This document shows positions 31,649 to 40,422 of a DNA stretch of 64,000 nt, piece by piece. The DNA lies in assembly GCA_963737655.1 (NCBI GenBank), contig CAVTTN010000002.1:5728001-5792000 (forward strand), given 5' to 3'. The notes beneath the pieces are model-generated. The model saw nothing but the letters and a program-made list of their open reading frames with translations. It ran no database searches and was not told where the DNA came from. The position numbers were made by a program, and so were the translations under genes. This DNA is from an uncultured Planctomycetota bacterium (GTDB lineage Bacteria > Planctomycetota > Planctomycetia > Isosphaerales > Isosphaeraceae). Position 1 is the first letter of the stretch. Each line of letters opens with the position of its first letter.

Positions 31649-33802
31649 GTGCGTGGCCCCAGAACGGCCCTGGCCCTGATCGCGGTGGTCGCCACGACCG
31701 CCGTATCGGCCTCGATCCTACGAGCCCAGCAGGCGGCCGACGTCCCGGCGTCGGCCGATCGCTCCGGAGGCGATCCGGACTCGCCCTCGACGGCGCCCCG
31801 GACGGCCCGGCAGCTCCTGCGCAACGGGCTGGACTACCTCGACACGTACAAGGACCCGGAACGGGCCCTGACGTTCCTCCGGGCGGCCGAGGCGAAGCAG
31901 AAGGAGCTGCCGGAGTCCGACCGGAGGCGGCTGTCCCAGGGGATCGAGCGGGCCCGCCGCGGCCTCCGCGAGCCGTCCACGATGGGCGGGGCGCGGGTCG
32001 CCCGGCGGTCTTCTCCTCTGCGACCGGGGGCCATCGCGCTGGCCCCCCCGCCGAAGGTCGAGGGCGACGCGGTGTTGAAGGCCTCGGCCGAGGTGGCCGA
32101 GACGCCCGAGCCCGCCCCGCTCGACCTGCCCGCCGCCCGGCCCGAGCCGGCCGAGGTCAAGGTCAAGGTCGAGGCCCCGAAGCCGGCCGAGGCCGCCGCC
32201 CCGCCGATCCTGCTGACCCCCGAGGAGACGCCCGGAGAGCCGGCCCTCCCGCCGTCTCTCGGGCCCGCCCTGCCCCGGGCCGGTGCTCCCCCCAGGACCG
32301 AGGCGGAACCCATCGGCCAGGCCAGGCCCGCCGAACCCCCGGCCGAGCCGCCGGCCCTCGCCCCCGCCGAGACGCCGGTCCCGGTTCCGGCCGAGCCGCC
32401 GGCCCTCGCCCCGGCCGCCCCGCTCTCGCAGCCGGCGACCGAACCCGGCGCGGCCCCCGCGGTCAAGCCGCTCGCGCCTCCTCCGGCCGAATCCCTGGCC
32501 CCTCCCCCGGCCGAGGCGCTCGCGCCTCCTCCGGCCGAGGCGCTCGCGCCTCCCCCGGCCGAGGCGCCGGTCCCCGAGCCGTCGCGGCTTCCGGTCGAGC
32601 CTCCGGCCTCGACGGGGGACGTCGAGACGCCCCCCCTGCCCGAGCTGCCGCCGACGGCCGCGACGGCGCCTCGCGAGGTCGTGGCCCCTCCGATCCGTCC
32701 GGCCTCGCGTCGCCAGGTCGATTCGCCCGCCCCGGCGACGACGGCGGGGGCCGACCGCATCCCGCCGATCCGCCCGGCCGGATCGGCCCGGATGACCCGG
32801 TCCGAGGCCGCCCCGATGCCGACCCCCGCCCCGGAACCGGCGCCCGACCCGGTCCCGGTCGAGCCGCCGGCCCTCCTGGACCCGCCCGCCGCCCGAGCGT
32901 CGGCCCTCTCGGCTCAGGAGATCGAAGCCCCGGCTCCGACCCAGGCTCCGGCTCCGGTTCCGGCCCCCGAGCCGGTCGCGCCGGCCCCGGCCCCCGAGGC
33001 CTCGTCGCTGGTGCCGCCCTCGGCGCCTCCGCGACGGGAGAGGCTGTCCGATCCGGCCCCGGCCGACGACCTGCCCCCCCTGCCCGCCGGAGGCGCCACC
33101 TCGGGAGCTCCCCCGACTGCCCCGGCCCCCGGGCGGCTTCATCTCCCCGACGAGGGCCTGGGGCCATCCCCGACGTCCGGCTCGGCCCCGACGATCCGCC
33201 CCGAGTCGCTCCGGGAGGTCGATGAGATCGCCCGCCGCCAGGAAGACGCGGCCCGGCAGAACCCGCCGCCCAACCCGCTGACGACCGGGTCGAGCATGGG
33301 CAACGATTCCCCGATGGCCAGCCGCCTGGAGCTGCCCCGGGCCCCCAGCCCGACCGAGCCGAGGCCGATCCGCGTGATCCCCCCGCCCGAGGAGTACGTC
33401 CCCCTGCCGGCCCGGGACTGGTCGCCCAACCGCAAGTACTGGGTGGCCGGCGCCACCTGCCACATGCCGCTGTACTTCCAGGACGCCGTTTTGGAACGCT
33501 ACGGGCAGGGCGTGGAGCAGTCGCTCGGGCCCGTCGGCCGGTTCTTCTCCTATCCCCTGGACGACCCCCGGCAGTCGAACCAGAGGAACCAGCTCCTCCA
33601 GCCGGGTTACTCGGCGGGCCTGTTCATCACCCAGATCATCGCCTTGCCGTATAACCTGATCGTCGATCCGCCGTGGGAGGCCGAGTACGACCTGGGCTAC
33701 TACCGCCCCGGCGACCGCACCCCGCCGGACCTGATGTACCTGCCCACCACGGGCGTCGGGCCCGTGCTCAAGGGCAACCGCTACGGCCGCCGCGCCCGGT
33801 AG
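31649..33802 (+). CDS. Secreted Pro/Ala/Glu-rich protein with a conserved-looking C-terminal domain
   Basis: AAGGAGG RBS plus GTG; signal peptide; (A/S)LAPPPAE tandem repeats; C-terminal CHMPLYFQDAVLERYGQ...GYYRPG. Confidence 0.75.
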   Translation: MRGPRTALALIAVVATTAVSASILRAQQAADVPASADRSGGDPDSPSTAPRTARQLLRNGLDYLDTYKDPERALTFLRAAEAKQKELPESDRRRLSQGIERARRGLREPSTMGGARVARRSSPLRPGAIALAPPPKVEGDAVLKASAEVAETPEPAPLDLPAARPEPAEVKVKVEAPKPAEAAAPPILLTPEETPGEPALPPSLGPALPRAGAPPRTEAEPIGQARPAEPPAEPPALAPAETPVPVPAEPPALAPAAPLSQPATEPGAAPAVKPLAPPPAESLAPPPAEALAPPPAEALAPPPAEAPVPEPSRLPVEPPASTGDVETPPLPELPPTAATAPREVVAPPIRPASRRQVDSPAPATTAGADRIPPIRPAGSARMTRSEAAPMPTPAPEPAPDPVPVEPPALLDPPAARASALSAQEIEAPAPTQAPAPVPAPEPVAPAPAPEASSLVPPSAPPRRERLSDPAPADDLPPLPAGGATSGAPPTAPAPGRLHLPDEGLGPSPTSGSAPTIRPESLREVDEIARRQEDAARQNPPPNPLTTGSSMGNDSPMASRLELPRAPSPTEPRPIRVIPPPEEYVPLPARDWSPNRKYWVAGATCHMPLYFQDAVLERYGQGVEQSLGPVGRFFSYPLDDPRQSNQRNQLLQPGYSAGLFITQIIALPYNLIVDPPWEAEYDLGYYRPGDRTPPDLMYLPTTGVGPVLKGNRYGRRAR

Positions 33803-33940
33803 CCGGCGGCGCCCGTCTCGGGGAAATCCGAGTCCCATCGCCGGGGCCGGGGCGTTCCGGGGGTTTGGCCCCCCGGAACACCCCGGCCCCGGCCGCGCGC
33901 CGACGACGCCCCGGCACGACGTGTCGTCTTCGGTCGAAAG

Positions 33941-34001
33941 ATGAAATGCCCATGAAATTTAGGGTCGATTGCTTGTCCGTGGCCCGGAGATTCTCTACAG
34001 T
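33941..34001 (+). promoter_or_regulatory. Putative phoU promoter TTGTCC-17-TACAGT, preceded by an 11-bp-spaced ATGAAAT direct repeat
   Basis: ATGAAAT at 33941 and 33952; -35 at 33973; -10 at 33996. Confidence 0.5.
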
Positions 34002-34091
34002 AGGAACTGCGGAAGCGGAACGGCCCCGGGCCCCTCCTGGCCCCCGATTTGCCGGACGTCGCGACGCCGCGATCCTGAATGGGGGTGAGCC

Positions 34092-34820
34092 ATGCCGTCG
34101 ATCGGACGATTGGGGTCGGACTGGGAGGCGGAGCGGGTCACCCTCGGCCGCCACTTCCTCCGCGACATGGAAAGCCTCTGGGAGAATATCCTGAAGCTGG
34201 CCGCCGTGGTCGAAACCGCGCTGCGGACCAGCGTGGACGCCCTGTGCGACGGCCGGGCCGACCTGGCCGACGAGGTCAAGGGGGGCGAGGACGCGATCAA
34301 TGACTGGGAAGTGCGGATCGAGCGCGATTGCCTGAGGATTTTGGCCCTCCATCAGCCGGTGGCCTCGGACCTCCGCCGGGTGGCGGCGATCCTCAAGATC
34401 AACGGCGACCTGGAACGCATGGCCGACCTGGCCGACCACATCGCCAACCGCGCGAGGAAGCTCGCCGCCAAGCCCTGCCCGACGCCCGTTCCGCCCCGGA
34501 TGGAGCTCATGGCGAGGGAGGCGCTGGCGCAGGTCCACGACGCCCTGGACGCCCTGGCCAAGGCCGACGCCGACCTCGCCCGGGCGGTGATCGCCGGCGA
34601 CGGCGGCGTCGATCGCCACCGCCGGGCCGTCCTGAACGACCTGAAGGACGCCATCCGCCGCGAGCCCGACCGCGTGAGCACCTGGCTCCGCCTGATCAAC
34701 GCCGCCCGGAACATCGAACGCATCGCCGACCACGCCACCAACATCGCCGAGGCCGTCGTCTACCTCCGAGAAGGCGACATCATCCGCCACGTCGGCGAGC
34801 GACGGGCCCGCCGCGCCTGA
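34092..34820 (+). CDS. phoU: Phosphate signalling protein PhoU
   Basis: LALHQPVASDLR, DLERMADLADHIA and NIERIADHATNIAEAVVY. Confidence 0.95.
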   Translation: MPSIGRLGSDWEAERVTLGRHFLRDMESLWENILKLAAVVETALRTSVDALCDGRADLADEVKGGEDAINDWEVRIERDCLRILALHQPVASDLRRVAAILKINGDLERMADLADHIANRARKLAAKPCPTPVPPRMELMAREALAQVHDALDALAKADADLARAVIAGDGGVDRHRRAVLNDLKDAIRREPDRVSTWLRLINAARNIERIADHATNIAEAVVYLREGDIIRHVGERRARRA

Positions 34821-34873
34821 GCTGGCGCCGGGACTCGCAGGCGCTCGATCCCATCCCGAGAGGATCGGCATCC

Positions 34874-35386
34874 ATGCCCTCGTCTCCGGCCAGCCCGAAG
34901 GTCCGATGGCTGAGCCGGCTCGTCGAGGTCCTGATCGTCCTCGGGATCATGGTTGGGCTCCTCTGGATGATCGCCCCGATCTTCTCCTCCCACCCGTCAA
35001 GCTCCGCCGTCCGCCACTGGGAGGCGAACTATTCCTCCCTCCTCCCCCCCGGCTACTCGGATTTTCGAGGGCACTGGCAGAACCACGATATCGGCGTGCA
35101 GATCTTCAGCTTCCGCCTCCCGGACGGGGCCGAATGCGAGCTGGTGCTGGACGGCCTGGTCACTCGCCTGAGCGACTACCGGGTTCACCGGCGGGTGCCG
35201 GGCGAGGTCGCCCTGCGACGAAGCGTGACGTACTCCAATCCCGATGGCTTCGACGAATACCGGTTCCTCTGCGAACCCTCGTCGGGCCGGGTGTATGCCA
35301 TGTTCGCCAACCTGGATTCGGAGATGGACGCCCATCTCCGGCTGGTGGAGCAACTCCACGCGATCGCTCGCGGCCAGGAGAAGTGA
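34874..35386 (+). CDS. Hypothetical membrane-anchored protein
   Basis: N-terminal TM segment LVEVLIVLGIMVGLLWMIAPIF; open reading frame. Confidence 0.6.
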   Translation: MPSSPASPKVRWLSRLVEVLIVLGIMVGLLWMIAPIFSSHPSSSAVRHWEANYSSLLPPGYSDFRGHWQNHDIGVQIFSFRLPDGAECELVLDGLVTRLSDYRVHRRVPGEVALRRSVTYSNPDGFDEYRFLCEPSSGRVYAMFANLDSEMDAHLRLVEQLHAIARGQEK

Positions 35387-35550
35387 CCGCCTCATATGAG
35401 GGCGCCCTCTTGTCGGCTGGCCAGGGTCGAGCCGCGCCCGGAATCGAGAGCGAGACCCGGCCGCGATCCTTGAACGAATTCGGATTGCGGCCCGCCCCCC
35501 GGCGCGGTAGGGTTTGCCCGGGGCGATCCGAGGCGGTCGAGGAGGATGCG

Positions 35551-36114
35551 ATGAGGTCCATCCGGTTCTCGATCGGCGCCCTGGCCATGCTCGTGGTCGT
35601 CCTCGCCCTGGACCTGGCGGTGATCCGCAGCCTCGTCCGTCCGAGCAGCCCGGGCTCCAACCAGATGCTCTATCTGGTGCCGATCACCTCGACCTCGACC
35701 CTGGCGTTCCTGGCCTTCGCCCTGGGCGTCCTGCCGATGGCGAGCGTCCTCGTGCCCGCGACGCTGTCCCAGGCGTGGACGATCCGCCGTCGGGGCACGG
35801 TCTCCCCCTTCGGCTTCGGGTTCGTGGCCTTCGGGTGGGTGGCGGTGTTCCTCTTCATGGCGATCGCCGCCGTCTCTCCCCCGGCGATCAACGAGTATTT
35901 CTCCTGGAGCGCGAGCCGGCTCGGCCCGGCGGTCGCGGCCGTGATCGGCAACGACGGTCCTTCCTGGCTCGAAACCACGTTCGAGGTGACGGTCATCCTG
36001 GTCGATCTCACCTTGCCCGAGCTGCTGATCGCCCTGGCCGGCGGCTGGCTGGTCGGCCGGTCGGGCGGTCGCCCGGCGATCCCGACGCCCGAGGCCGGGA
36101 CGTCCGCCGCCTGA
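35551..36114 (+). CDS. Hypothetical integral membrane protein (about 4 TM)
   Basis: GAGGAGG RBS; MRSIRFSIGALAMLVVVLALDLAVIR N-terminus; several hydrophobic segments. Confidence 0.7.
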   Translation: MRSIRFSIGALAMLVVVLALDLAVIRSLVRPSSPGSNQMLYLVPITSTSTLAFLAFALGVLPMASVLVPATLSQAWTIRRRGTVSPFGFGFVAFGWVAVFLFMAIAAVSPPAINEYFSWSASRLGPAVAAVIGNDGPSWLETTFEVTVILVDLTLPELLIALAGGWLVGRSGGRPAIPTPEAGTSAA

Positions 36115-36130
36115 CCGCGACCCGGCCCGT

Positions 36131-37135
36131 TCACTCCTCGACCTCCGGCAGCAGCGCGGCGACCTCCGCGGCCAGCGACGGGTCGGCGGCCAGGCGTTCC
36201 AAAGCGGCGGCGCAGGCGTGGCGGACCGTCTTGGCGTCCCTCTTGCCGAACAACGCGCCGAGGCTCGCGAAGCTCAGGCCGGTCCGGGTCCGGGCGAGGT
36301 GGATCGCCAGGTGACGGGGGACCACCACGGCCTGCCTCCTGGATGCCGACCGCAGGTCGCGGACGCTCACGCCGAACCGCTCGGCCACGAGCCGGGCGAT
36401 CGTCTCGACGGCCTGGCGGGCGGTCTCGGAGGGGTCGTCCTCCGCCAGGGAATCGGCCAGGGATTGGTCGGCGGGGCGTCGCTCGACCTTCGCCGCCAGG
36501 GCGAGCCGGGCGAGGCGGCCGTCGATCTCGCGATAGCCGGCCGCCCCCTCGGCGATCGCCTCGACGGCCTCGGCCGACAGCGAGAGCGACCGGGCCCGGG
36601 CGGTCTCCAGGGCGAACCGGCGGCGGGTGGCCAGGCCCGGCGGCTCGACCCTCAGCGACAGCCCGCCGACCAACCGGCTGACCAGCCTCGGCGGCCAGCC
36701 CGTCATCCGCCCCGGGCCGACCCGGGCCGAGAACGCGGCCGACCCGCCCGCTTCCTCCAGGGCATCGAGCGTGTGGGCCAGCTCCTCGGAGGCGATCGGC
36801 GAGCGTTCCAGGGCGTGGAGGTCATCCAGGACGAACAGGTCGAGGCCGCGGAACCGCTCGCGGAGGTCGGCGAACCCCCCGAGACGGCCGGCGGCCTCGT
36901 GGCAGAGCGAGGCGAACGCCTCGGCGGTCAGCGTCGCCACGGAGGCGCCCGGGAACCTCGCGATCTTCTCGGCCACCAGCCCGTCGAGGATCCGCGTCTT
37001 GCCCGACCCCGCCGGCCCGTGGACGACCAGGGGCGACGCCACCGAGGCATCCCCCCGGGCCAGCGCCACGGCCCCCGAATGCGCCAGGGCGTTCTCCGGG
37101 CCGACGAGGAAGCCGTCCCAGGGCGATCCGGCCAT
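36131..37135 (-). CDS. DnaA/Hda-family paralogue (AAA+ domain III plus domain IV only)
   Basis: FLVGPENALA; GPAGSGKT; FVLDDL; RLVSRLVGGL; YREIDGRL; C-terminal RRQAVVVPRHLAIHLAR...FGKRDAKTVRHAC. Confidence 0.85.
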   Translation of the reverse strand: MAGSPWDGFLVGPENALAHSGAVALARGDASVASPLVVHGPAGSGKTRILDGLVAEKIARFPGASVATLTAEAFASLCHEAAGRLGGFADLRERFRGLDLFVLDDLHALERSPIASEELAHTLDALEEAGGSAAFSARVGPGRMTGWPPRLVSRLVGGLSLRVEPPGLATRRRFALETARARSLSLSAEAVEAIAEGAAGYREIDGRLARLALAAKVERRPADQSLADSLAEDDPSETARQAVETIARLVAERFGVSVRDLRSASRRQAVVVPRHLAIHLARTRTGLSFASLGALFGKRDAKTVRHACAAALERLAADPSLAAEVAALLPEVEE

Positions 37136-37158
37136 CCTGCCCCCTCAACCCGCGTCCT

Positions 37159-37245
37159 GGGTGGCATGCTCACGTCTTCGTGAGCATGTCTTCGAATCTT
37201 CCCAGCGTGCCCGGGCATGCTCACGAAGACGTGAGCCTGCCACCC
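37159..37245. repeat. REP doublet, family C
   Basis: GGGTGGCATGCTCACGTCTTCGTGAGCATG...CATGCTCACGAAGACGTGAGCCTGCCACCC. Confidence 0.85.
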
Positions 37246-37358
37246 GGAACGCCAGGCCCGAGGCCCTCTCGCCGGGCTTCGTAACACGTCCGGGCCCTGG
37301 CGCGAAGGGGAATTCGGTTCGCGAGAGGGCCCGATCGGCGTTAGAATCGGCCCTCATC

Positions 37359-38072
37359 ATGCCGTCCGAGCCGTTCGAATCGACGCGATGGAGCCTCGTC
37401 GCCGCCGCGGGGGGCGACCGCGGGTCCGGCCGCGCCCGCGAGGCCCTCGAGGCGCTCTGCTCGGCCTATTGGTATCCGATTTATGCCTTCATCCGTCGCC
37501 GGGGGCACGACGCCGAGGCCGCCGCCGACCTCGCCCAGGGCTTCTTCGCCGCCCTCCTCGAATCCGACGCCTTTTTCGGCCTCGACCCGGCGAAGGGGAA
37601 GTTCCGCGCCTTCTTGCTGGCGTCCTGTCAACATTTTCTCGCTCATGAACGCGACCGCGCCAACGCCCTGAAGCGAGGAGGGGGCCGGACGATCGCCTCC
37701 CTCGACGACGCCGAGGGCCGATACCGCCGCGAGCCCAGCCACGACCTCACGCCCGAGGCCCTGTTCGACCGCCGATACGCCCTGGCCCTGCTCGACGCCA
37801 CCCTCGACGAGCTCCGGGCCGACTTCGCCCGACGCGGCCAGGCCGACCACTTCGACGCCCTCAAGCCCACCCTGACCGGGGACGCCCGGAACGTCCCCTA
37901 TCGCGAGATCGCCGACCGTCTCGGGACGACCGAAGGCGCCGTGCAGGTGGCCGTCCACCGGCTCCGCAAGCGCTATCGCGAGGCCCTCCGAGACCGGATC
38001 GCCCAGACCGTCGCCGGCCCCTCCGAGATCGACGACGAGATCCGCGACCTGTTCGCCGCCCTGGCGCGATGA
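37359..38072 (+). CDS. ECF-type RNA polymerase sigma factor
   Basis: FESTRWSLV, LCSAYWYPIYAFIRR, KGKFRAFL, KRGGG and YREIADRLG..EGAVQVAVHRLRKRY. Confidence 0.9.
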   Translation: MPSEPFESTRWSLVAAAGGDRGSGRAREALEALCSAYWYPIYAFIRRRGHDAEAAADLAQGFFAALLESDAFFGLDPAKGKFRAFLLASCQHFLAHERDRANALKRGGGRTIASLDDAEGRYRREPSHDLTPEALFDRRYALALLDATLDELRADFARRGQADHFDALKPTLTGDARNVPYREIADRLGTTEGAVQVAVHRLRKRYREALRDRIAQTVAGPSEIDDEIRDLFAALAR

Positions 38073-38245
38073 CGCGGCCGGATCGTCTTCGGGCGGTAAT
38101 CGTGCTCGACCCCGAGCCGAGAACCGCCCACGTCTTCGGCGCCGTCGCCGTCGCCGCCCCACGATCCCTGACCGCCGACGACGAACTGACCCTGCCGGGC
38201 ATCCTCGAAGGCTTCCGCGTCCGCGTGGGCCGGTTCTTCGAGTGA
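38069..38245 (+). pseudogene. C-terminal fragment of a Uma2/DUF820-family endonuclease-like gene (58 aa)
   Basis: Manual translation gives MTRPDRLRAVIVLDPEPRTAHVFGAVAVAAPRSLTADDELTLPGILEGFRVRVGRFFE*; ATGA overlap with the sigma stop. Confidence 0.65.
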
Positions 38246-38327
38246 GATCAAGGCCAGGGCCTCGGCATCCGCGGATGCCTCCTCCCGATCGCGGCCTCGC
38301 CTCCGGGGACGGCGACCGAGTCGGCCC

Positions 38328-39155
38328 TCAGAGCCCTTCCCTCGGCGTGACGGTGAGCGTCACGTCCTGGCCGTCTCGGGTGACGACGACCGTGGCCGGC
38401 TTGCCGGGCTCGGCCGAGGCGGCGGCGGCGAACGTGTCGGCGAAGGTGGTGGTCCATCGGCCGTCGAGACTGGTGAGGATGTCTCCGGATTTCAATCCCG
38501 CCATCTCGGCCGCCGAGCCGGGCAGGACGGCCGCGATCGGCACCCCGGGGGTCTCGACGCCCCTGGGCTCGCCGAGCTCGATCCCCCAGATCCCCCTCGG
38601 CGCCAGGATGATCGTCTTCGCGACCTTCGGCCCGGCGAGCCTCTGCGGGAGTTCCTTCATGAGGTCGCGGACCTGGAAATCGACCGGCTCGAAGGTGAGC
38701 TGCAGGTCCTTGTAGTCGATCGACATCCGGAACCGGGCCCAGAACGTGTAGCCGATGATCCCCTCGATGGGCTTCTCGAAGAAGCCGGAGAGGGCCTTGA
38801 CCGCCGGGTGGTCCATCACGATCACCGGGACGTCGTCGGCCTTCAGCTTGCCCATCTCCAACGTCTTGACCTTCCCCTCGCCCCGGGTGCCCATCAAGAA
38901 GGACTTGGGCGCCGATTTGTCGATGGCGCCCGAGGCCTCGGCCGCCCGGTTCGAGAGCAGGGTGACCGGCGCGCCGAGGTCGAAGATGAACCGGAACGGC
39001 CCCTTGCCGTTGAGCTTCGCCTCCACGACCATGTGGTTCGACGGCAGCATCTTGAACGGGACGACCGAGGGCGCCGCCGGGGGGGCGTCCTGCCGGGCGT
39101 GGAGCGGGGTGAAGGCGACGAGGAGCAGGAGCGGGAACGTCTTGGAGATTTTCAT
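38328..39155 (-). CDS. Secreted retropepsin-like aspartyl protease plus PDZ (variant DLG active site)
   Basis: NHMVVEAKLNGKGPFRFIFDLGA; IEGIIGY; PGSAAEMAGLKSGD. Confidence 0.8.
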   Translation of the reverse strand: MKISKTFPLLLLVAFTPLHARQDAPPAAPSVVPFKMLPSNHMVVEAKLNGKGPFRFIFDLGAPVTLLSNRAAEASGAIDKSAPKSFLMGTRGEGKVKTLEMGKLKADDVPVIVMDHPAVKALSGFFEKPIEGIIGYTFWARFRMSIDYKDLQLTFEPVDFQVRDLMKELPQRLAGPKVAKTIILAPRGIWGIELGEPRGVETPGVPIAAVLPGSAAEMAGLKSGDILTSLDGRWTTTFADTFAAAASAEPGKPATVVVTRDGQDVTLTVTPREGL

Positions 39156-39186
39156 GCCGGGATCTCGATGATGAGAATGTGTCTCG

Positions 39187-39308
39187 GGGTGGCATGCCCA
39201 CGTCTTCGTGGGCATGGGCATGATTTTCGGGAAAACACTTGCCTGGGCATAATTCCGAGCATGACCTTCGAGTGAAGACATGCCCACGAAGACGTGGGCA
39301 TGCCACCC
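39187..39308. repeat. REP doublet, family C
   Basis: GGGTGGCATGCCCACGTCTTCGTGGGCATG...CATGCCCACGAAGACGTGGGCATGCCACCC. Confidence 0.9.
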
Positions 39309-39327
39309 GGGGATGGGGCATGCGTCC

Positions 39328-40188
39328 CTAGAGCCCTTCGGCGGCGGTCAGGGCCATTTCCCTGGTTTCTCCCCCGCGATCGACGACCACGGCCACCTTG
39401 TCTCCGGGTCGGACCTTGGCGATGGCCGAATGGGCGGCCTTGCGGTCCTTCACGCCCTCGCCGGAGAGCCTGATGAGCCTGTCGCCGACCCGAATCCCGG
39501 CCTTCGCGGCGGGGGAATCGGCCAGGACGGCGGTGACCTTGAGGGCCTCGTCCATCTCCAGGCCGAGCAAGCCCTGGGGGTGGTACACGTCCTCGGGCTG
39601 CTTGCCGACGAGGACGCTCATGACCTTCATGATCGGCCCCAGGGCGTTCATGGCCTGGACCTCGGCCGGGCCCTGGCGGTCCTTCTCGTCGGCCGGGATG
39701 AACGGGTCGGGCGGGTTGTAGTCCAGGCGGGTCCAGGTCATCCGGTCCTTCGTCGGGTCGAATTCCATCTTGAACTTGGCCAGGACGGTGAAGCCGAGGA
39801 TGCCCTCGATCTTGGCGCCGGGGAGGCCCATCGCGTTCATCCCGACGAGCTGGAACGGGTCCTCGACGCGGGCCTTGATGCCTTCGAGCTTGGCCCCGCC
39901 CTCGAGGTCCAGGCGATCCAGGGGCGTCCAGTATTCCCCCTTCGGCGCGGGCTTCAGGCCGACGGCCTTCGCGGCGTCGGTGCCGACGTAGAGGGCCGGG
40001 GCGCCGGTATCGACCAGGAAGTTGAACGGGCCCTTGCCGTTGAGCTTCACGCGGACGAGGTAATGGTTCGTCAGCGTGAGGCGATAGGGGACCTGGTACG
40101 ACGTGCCGACGTCGGTCGGCTTGGCGGGCTTGGGGTCGCCGGGGGCGAGGGCGACGAGGGCCAGGATCAGGCCGAGTCTGCGGGGCAT
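39328..40188 (-). CDS. Secreted retropepsin-like aspartyl protease plus PDZ (canonical DTG)
   Basis: NHYLVRVKLNGKGPFNFLVDTGA; IEGILGF; DSPAAKAGIRVGD. Confidence 0.85.
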   Translation of the reverse strand: MPRRLGLILALVALAPGDPKPAKPTDVGTSYQVPYRLTLTNHYLVRVKLNGKGPFNFLVDTGAPALYVGTDAAKAVGLKPAPKGEYWTPLDRLDLEGGAKLEGIKARVEDPFQLVGMNAMGLPGAKIEGILGFTVLAKFKMEFDPTKDRMTWTRLDYNPPDPFIPADEKDRQGPAEVQAMNALGPIMKVMSVLVGKQPEDVYHPQGLLGLEMDEALKVTAVLADSPAAKAGIRVGDRLIRLSGEGVKDRKAAHSAIAKVRPGDKVAVVVDRGGETREMALTAAEGL

Positions 40189-40330
40189 GGGGGGTCCTCA
40201 CCTCTCCGTCGGGCGATCCACAGGGACGATCCTCCAGTGTACGCCGGGCGGACGGCCCCGGGAAGACGGCGGATTTGGCCTTTTGGCGAGGGGGACCGGG
40301 CCGCTATGATCCGGGGCGAGCGGTCCGCGT

Positions 40331-40394
40331 TCCCGGAGGGCGGGCCTCGGCCTGCCTCTTCGGATCGCGGCAGGCCGAGGCCTGCCCTCCGGGA
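40331..40394. repeat. REP doublet, family A (GGAG-foot variant)
   Basis: TCCCGGAGGGCGGGCCTCGGCCTGCC...GGCAGGCCGAGGCCTGCCCTCCGGGA. Confidence 0.8.
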
Positions 40395-40422
40395 ATCCCG
40401 GACGCTTCCCGAGGACGGAGCC

